64,000 nt of DNA from contig OY762722.1 of NCBI GenBank assembly GCA_963666305.1, positions 4,707,073 to 4,771,072 of the forward strand, read 5' to 3'. The notes beneath the pieces are model-generated. The model saw only the letters and a program-made list of their open reading frames with translations, had not been told where the DNA came from and searched no databases. Positions 59,362 through 64,000 of this stretch are shown here, in pieces (within the stretch, counting starts at the first letter, position 1; every line of letters starts with the position of its first letter). The DNA comes from Candidatus Poribacteria bacterium (GTDB lineage: Bacteria; Poribacteria; WGA-4E; WGA-3G). The translations under genes were made by a program, and so were the position numbers.

Positions 59362-60627
59362 TCAATTATGTGCTCGCAGGTCTTGTTCGACTGCTTCTGC
59401 ATCCGCCTGATATTTTTCCTCGTTGAATAGCAGGATGAAAACGATTGCAGCAAAAACTGTTACGACAATCGGCACCATAAAAATTTTCGCCCACGCGTGC
59501 CCACCTTCTGCGTAAGCGAAGAAGTCATGCACACGACCGCTGACAATATGTCCTACTAACATCCCGAACCCATTCGTGACAAAGAGGAGTAGGGATTGAG
59601 AACTCGCTCGAATATCTTGCGGACTCAGCCGTTCCACAGCGATCATTCCACCGACGAAAAAGAACGAATAGCAGATACCGTGCAATGTCTGAGCACCGAT
59701 AACCAACCATACGGGTTCCCCAATGGCGAAGATAGCGTAACGAACGGGCCATGCAAGGATGCCCAAAAAGATAGTAAACCGCATACCAAACCGCCGTAGA
59801 CACGGAAATAGGAGGAGCATCAGCAGTACCTCGGCAACTTGACCGAGACTCATCGCTAAATTGGCACTACTCCCCGCTAAACCGGCACCGTGTTCTGCCT
59901 CGGTCAGAAACAGGTATGTCAAGTTGTAATAGAATGGAAGTTCAATAGCAACGACAAAGGAGATAATCAGTAAAACAGCGAAGTTCCGGTTTGAGACGAG
60001 CGAAAATGCCTCAAGAAAAGCGTAAGGATTTTTTGCCTCTTTGCTCGGCGGGGTGTTTGGCAACGTGAAGCAGTAGGCACCCATAATGAATGAAAGGACG
60101 GCTCCAAAGAGGAGGCAGTCGCCGACGTGGGGAAGTGTTGTCTCTTGTCCTTCCCAAAATCGGAGATACAGACTCAATATCCAATTAATCGCGATCCAGC
60201 CGAGCGTTCCGAAGACCCGTATGTTTCCGAATTTATCTGACTGCCCCATGTGGTGGAAAGCGATCGCGTTCGTCAAGGCGATTGTCGGCATGTAGAGAAT
60301 GGCGTGCAGGAAAATTGCCCCCCACATCATCGGGAAGCTGGTCTGCTTCCATGCGAAAAGCAGACAGACACCGCCAAGGAGGTGCGAGATCGCGGCAAAG
60401 ACTTGTGCTGGCATGAGTCGATCCGCAATCCATCCTGCAACGATTGGGGAAATTATTGCACCGATAGCAGTCGTGCCGAAGACGTAGCTAATCTGTTTAC
60501 CGGTAAACCCAAGATTTTGCATGTGCCCAGCAATGAGCACTGCCCACGCCCCCCATATAGCGAACTGTAGAAACATCATCCCGGATAGCCGTATGTAGGT
60601 TCCTAATTCTGTCTGTCGATTTTCCAT
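59362..60627 (-). CDS. MFS transporter
   Basis: 12 predicted TM helices; AGGAAGGAG RBS before ATG 60627. Confidence 0.75.
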   Translation of the reverse strand: MENRQTELGTYIRLSGMMFLQFAIWGAWAVLIAGHMQNLGFTGKQISYVFGTTAIGAIISPIVAGWIADRLMPAQVFAAISHLLGGVCLLFAWKQTSFPMMWGAIFLHAILYMPTIALTNAIAFHHMGQSDKFGNIRVFGTLGWIAINWILSLYLRFWEGQETTLPHVGDCLLFGAVLSFIMGAYCFTLPNTPPSKEAKNPYAFLEAFSLVSNRNFAVLLIISFVVAIELPFYYNLTYLFLTEAEHGAGLAGSSANLAMSLGQVAEVLLMLLLFPCLRRFGMRFTIFLGILAWPVRYAIFAIGEPVWLVIGAQTLHGICYSFFFVGGMIAVERLSPQDIRASSQSLLLFVTNGFGMLVGHIVSGRVHDFFAYAEGGHAWAKIFMVPIVVTVFAAIVFILLFNEEKYQADAEAVEQDLRAHN

Positions 60628-60685
60628 AGCGGGTCTCCTTCCTATTTTGTTCTGGTGTCGCGCATGGTGCCTCGCGACTGCTTGT

Positions 60686-61735
60686 CTAAATCCAACGCTC
60701 AATCGGTTCTGTTGACTGCACCACGTGCATCCCGGCATCCGAAACTTTGGCGAAGGCTTCGTCTGCTGGTTCCGTGAAGTCCACTACTCCAGGCACAACA
60801 ACGGGTGAAGTCAAGTCATCTACGAGATAGATTCTCTTGGCTAATTCAGCATCCGTTCGCTGAATTTCCGTAAGTAGATCGCTAACGGTCCAAGCGACAC
60901 AGTGGCTCTTTGCCTGTCCAGCGATAATCACCCGATCGTATCCGAGCAGCATTTCAAGGAAGGCACTATTTTTCTGGTCAATTGGTTTACCATCGGGGTC
61001 ACTGAGGACTTCCGGACGCAAGACTGAATAGTTTTCAGTCAACGGATTCTGTCCTTTAATTTCATAATGTATCTGGGTCCTACGAGCAATAGCGTGGAAA
61101 AAGCAGGCTTCCTCAACTGCAGAGACAACGGCATGCCCAATCCCGCCGAGCATTGCATGGTAGGGCCATATTGCGAGCGGATATTTCCCATCTGCGGTGA
61201 GCGTCTTGACGTAGTGTTCGCCGTACGCCTTGAGCCACGCGTATTGATTGGATTCTGTAACTTGGGGCGGGAAATTTAGGCTGCTGACAACAGCAGGATT
61301 AACGTGCCATCTACCGGCCTCAATATCTGCCAGTGTGATGAAGGTTTGTAACGGTGCCGGGTGCTCACCTGCGTCGTTAATCCAGAAAACTTCGTGGAAT
61401 ATCTGCATCGCTGTATGTGTGTCCAGCGTGCAAGCGATTCTGGTAATGTGTGGTAGATTGCGATAAATAAACTGACATAATCGGATGTTATCTTCTACCG
61501 CACCATTTCCTGATCTGCCGCCGACGAAAAGTTCAAAGTCGGGAATACAGAATGTATTTTGCACATCAACAAGCAGCAAACAGGTCCGAAAACTATCCTC
61601 GAATGTCGGAAGAATTGCATGCTCCTGCGCCCATGCCTGTGCCTCGTGTTGACGTTCCTGATACGGAATCCGCCAGACTTGGTTTACCTGACCGGCATCG
61701 AAATGGGATGGGACGGGCAGTTGTGGTATAGACAC
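60686..61735 (-). CDS. Isochorismatase-family cysteine hydrolase (nicotinamidase-like)
   Basis: ..LLLVDVQNTFC.. and ..AGQAKSHCVAWT.. catalytic D/K/C arrangement; GTG start with AAGGA RBS. Confidence 0.7.
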   Translation of the reverse strand: MSIPQLPVPSHFDAGQVNQVWRIPYQERQHEAQAWAQEHAILPTFEDSFRTCLLLVDVQNTFCIPDFELFVGGRSGNGAVEDNIRLCQFIYRNLPHITRIACTLDTHTAMQIFHEVFWINDAGEHPAPLQTFITLADIEAGRWHVNPAVVSSLNFPPQVTESNQYAWLKAYGEHYVKTLTADGKYPLAIWPYHAMLGGIGHAVVSAVEEACFFHAIARRTQIHYEIKGQNPLTENYSVLRPEVLSDPDGKPIDQKNSAFLEMLLGYDRVIIAGQAKSHCVAWTVSDLLTEIQRTDAELAKRIYLVDDLTSPVVVPGVVDFTEPADEAFAKVSDAGMHVVQSTEPIERWI

Positions 61736-61963
61736 TTTTTAATTTTCCTTGCGGTTCGATGAAGTCGGTTTGAGCATTGGCAGTTATTTCCATAGAGTCG
61801 CCTTCCACTTCGTTTCAGGCTTGCGATCTTTGGTAAGAAGAAAGACAGACTGCCGATAACTGACAACTGTTATTGAGATTTTATAGGATTCCACGGTTTT
61901 TATCAACCAAAATCGCTTGATATATGTCATAAGATGCGTTAAAATTAAACAAACACTCCGTAG

Positions 61964-62575
61964 ATGGTACCCGTTATGAAAAAATTTTTTAAGCCACTCC
62001 CAGATTTAGATGAAAGACTCGATCGCGTAGATGATCGGATGCGGCAGGTGCGTAGGAGTCTTGACCGACAAGTAGACGAGGCACTCATCCCGCTTGATAT
62101 TCAGGAGGACTTCACTATCTCTGAATTGGAAGGCGATGTAATGCTCGTTTCGCGGAACGACGATTTACACGACAAAGTGAGAAATCTTCTCCGTTCCGAA
62201 GGCTATGGGTGCGATATTCCAGAACGGACTTCGGAAGCCATCGGTTTGTTGAAACTGCGCAAATATCGGATGGTAATTGCCGACTATACCCGCCGGCGGC
62301 GAGGGAGGCTCTTTGAATATATCAAGAGGTATCAACCTCATGTCAAAATCGTCTCTATTGTCCGGAATAATGATGAAGGGCAACGGGTAATGAGAGCCGG
62401 TAGTTACAGTTACCTGTTAGGACGTGGTTTTGACCCAGAGCAGTTGCGTACTTGTCTAATAAGTTCGCTTAAATTACGGCATCGTGTCTGCTGGCTGTTA
62501 GCGCATGGAGAACGTTGCAACCGCTCGTGTGTCGATAGTTTTCAGTCTGATGAGGATTTCGGAGAAATTGAGTAA
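61964..62575 (+). CDS. Stand-alone receiver (REC)-like domain protein
   Basis: CheY-like alternating pattern (..VMLVSRNDD..RMVIADY..) with an N-terminal coiled-coil extension. Confidence 0.45.
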   Translation: MVPVMKKFFKPLPDLDERLDRVDDRMRQVRRSLDRQVDEALIPLDIQEDFTISELEGDVMLVSRNDDLHDKVRNLLRSEGYGCDIPERTSEAIGLLKLRKYRMVIADYTRRRRGRLFEYIKRYQPHVKIVSIVRNNDEGQRVMRAGSYSYLLGRGFDPEQLRTCLISSLKLRHRVCWLLAHGERCNRSCVDSFQSDEDFGEIE

Positions 62576-62576
62576 A

Positions 62577-63125
62577 ATGGCAAAAAATTTAGAATACAAG
62601 GGACAGTCTCAGTCGCTTGACGGACTCTATCCAAAACTGGCTGACTTAAATGCGATACAGCATGAAACTGTACACCAAATTGATACGTATTTCCATGTAA
62701 CGAAAGTAAAAGACTTTCCAAAATCAGGAGCGTGCGAACCTCGGTTCAAACTACGCGAAGTCAACGGATGGTCTGAAGGGTGGCTCATTTATTATGAGCG
62801 TCCGAACCAAGATGGATCTCGCTACAGTCAATACCAACTCTGTGAAATCGCCGATCCGGTGTCCATCAAAGGTTTGCTAACTGTTGCACTTGGGATCAAA
62901 ACAATTGTAAAAAAACAACGAGAAATCTGGATGTTCAATCACACTCGCATCCACCTCGATACGGTTGCCGATTTAGGGCAATTTGTCGAATTGGAGACAG
63001 TGTTTCGGGGGCAAACCGAAGCTGAAGCGATAGATGAGCATCAACACGTTAAAGACGTACTTCATTTGGATATTGTGGAGCCGATTGCTGTTTCTTACAG
63101 TGATCTTATTATGCAAAAGTCATAA
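62577..63125 (+). CDS. CYTH-domain protein (class IV adenylyl cyclase / triphosphatase family)
   Basis: N-terminal LEYK (ExExK) motif; GGAG RBS; start 1 nt after the previous stop. Confidence 0.6.
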   Translation: MAKNLEYKGQSQSLDGLYPKLADLNAIQHETVHQIDTYFHVTKVKDFPKSGACEPRFKLREVNGWSEGWLIYYERPNQDGSRYSQYQLCEIADPVSIKGLLTVALGIKTIVKKQREIWMFNHTRIHLDTVADLGQFVELETVFRGQTEAEAIDEHQHVKDVLHLDIVEPIAVSYSDLIMQKS

Positions 63126-63155
63126 CCGGTTTTACGGACGCTTACCTCATAAAGA

Positions 63156-63368
63156 TTGGGAAAATTTAATATGAATTATTCTATATATCAGAAAATTTTG
63201 GAAAGCTGTGAAGACATGGATAGTATAAGACAGGGTAAACTCCTGCGGATTTATTTACATATCCCGTCCCTACCGAGATTGCGGGCTATGCAGGCATCAT
63301 TGGTAGAGATTAAAAGGACATTAAGACGTAGAAATGGTTCGCTGATGCGTTTTTCAAATGGGGAATAA
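63156..63368 (+). CDS. Small hypothetical protein
   Basis: ORF only; followed by a terminator. Confidence 0.3.
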   Translation: MGKFNMNYSIYQKILESCEDMDSIRQGKLLRIYLHIPSLPRLRAMQASLVEIKRTLRRRNGSLMRFSNGE

Positions 63369-63427
63369 TATATCGTATTTTTGTAGCATAATGCCAAATT
63401 TAACAATGAACCGATTGCGTATCCTGA

Positions 63428-63460
63428 GAAGCGCGCCTTGATAGCGCGCTTTTCTTTTGG
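63428..63460 (+). terminator. Rho-independent terminator (AAGCGCGC-cttgata-GCGCGCTT then a T-tract)
   Basis: 8-bp GC-rich stem followed by TTTCTTTT. Confidence 0.55.
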
Positions 63461-63619
63461 GTGGAACTTTTTAATAGTAATACACGGCTTAATAAAAACG
63501 TGAGTTTGATAAAAGTGGAATGTCGGGTTTCGCTACCGGTATTTAGGCAGAAAGGGTTTCCTTGAAAAGTAGCATATTCGTCCCAATACTAAGGCTTTTG
63601 GTGTGTATTTACCACTCTA

Positions 63620-63657
63620 CCTGTAGGAAACACCCAAGCAAAAACACCTACAGATTT
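63620..63657. repeat. Family E repeat embedded in a hairpin CTGTAGG..CCTACAG
   Basis: GGAAACACCCAAGCAAAAACACC core. Confidence 0.45.
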
Positions 63658-63695
63658 ATTTTCAAACTGGCGTTAACAATAATATACCGCACCCT

Positions 63696-64000
63696 CTACA
63701 ACCGAGACAAAACTGCTTGCGCCAAAAGCGGAATCATCAGCTCATGATGTCCTGTGAACGTATACCCTTTACCACCCATCTCTGTCGGACGTTTGACGAC
63801 ATTCTCTACCGGGCGGTATTGTTGGTTCATATCGAAGTTGGCGGCGGTGAACTGAGACACTGTATGCCCTAAGTTTCGCGCGATTGTCAATGCCTTCAGG
63901 AAAACTTCAGGCAGTATTACTGCCGAACCCAAATTTAACACAACGCCACCACCTTCCAAATCCTTCACTAACGCCGTTAGGAGTCGGAAATCGGTGAAAC
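63696..64000 (-). CDS. Deoxyhypusine synthase-like protein, C-terminal part only (gene continues beyond window end)
   Basis: ..GGGVVLNLGSAVILPE..TAANFDMNQQYRP..GHHELMIPLLAQ.. resembles a DHS/homospermidine-synthase C-terminus; tentative. Confidence 0.35.
   Translation of the reverse strand, partial: FTDFRLLTALVKDLEGGGVVLNLGSAVILPEVFLKALTIARNLGHTVSQFTAANFDMNQQYRPVENVVKRPTEMGGKGYTFTGHHELMIPLLAQAVLSRL

Noticed and set aside
1-64000. tRNA, rRNA or tmRNA genes
   Set aside because: No cloverleaf-like conserved segments (GTTCGAATC-type T-arms) or rRNA-like stretches were spotted by eye. A tRNAscan/Infernal run would be needed to exclude them formally.

Overview
This 64 kb window looks like a bacterial chromosomal segment, roughly 50% GC with AT-rich islands, densely coded on both strands. 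The lineage appears uncultivated-like: it carries a PSCyt1 (Planctomycete-type cytochrome) remnant, many BNR (Ycf48-like), PD40 and Reg_prop (two-component-regulator propeller) repeat beta-propeller lipoproteins, and several secreted glycoside hydrolases.

Main blocks, in order:
- 1-5760: an STAS -> BNR-repeat lipoprotein -> TolB-like operon and a small secreted-protein gene, each preceded by a copy of a conserved structured leader element.
- 6.1-15.7 kb: housekeeping and accessory genes (SDR epimerase, nucleoside hydrolase, fatty acid desaturase, DprA, amidohydrolase, a GH140-like hydrolase), with a tnpB-only IS200/IS605-family element inserted at 9.4-10.8 kb.
- 16-24.6 kb: a 1469-aa Reg_prop beta-propeller lipoprotein, an adjacent candidate outer-membrane barrel protein, and a fucosidase-like hydrolase.
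- 26.4-37.9 kb: a complete carotenoid cluster whose gene content suggests a keto-carotenoid glycoside fatty-acid ester (idi, lycopene cyclase, two crtI-family genes, crtB, acyltransferase, GT2, CruF-like, crtW, CE4 deacetylase), divergently paired with a CarH/LitR-type B12 photoreceptor regulator.
- 37.9-42.6 kb (the most interesting region): two paralogous multi-domain genes, each interrupted by a conserved in-frame TGA followed by a conserved hairpin. These are candidate selenoproteins with a Cys-Sec dyad in a thioredoxin-like motif. The two modules flank a UPF0175/DUF3368 toxin-antitoxin pair.
- 43-51.3 kb: a leucine-related cluster (leuD, hicAB inserted, leuC, BCAA-binding protein, RNase J, leuS).
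- 51.8-64 kb: PhoX-like phosphatase, an AT-rich islet with an orphan REase-like gene, VWA/BatA-like, DUF4838, MFS, isochorismatase, REC, CYTH.

Several families of short mosaic intergenic repeats recur across the window. No rRNA, tRNA or CRISPR array was recognised.
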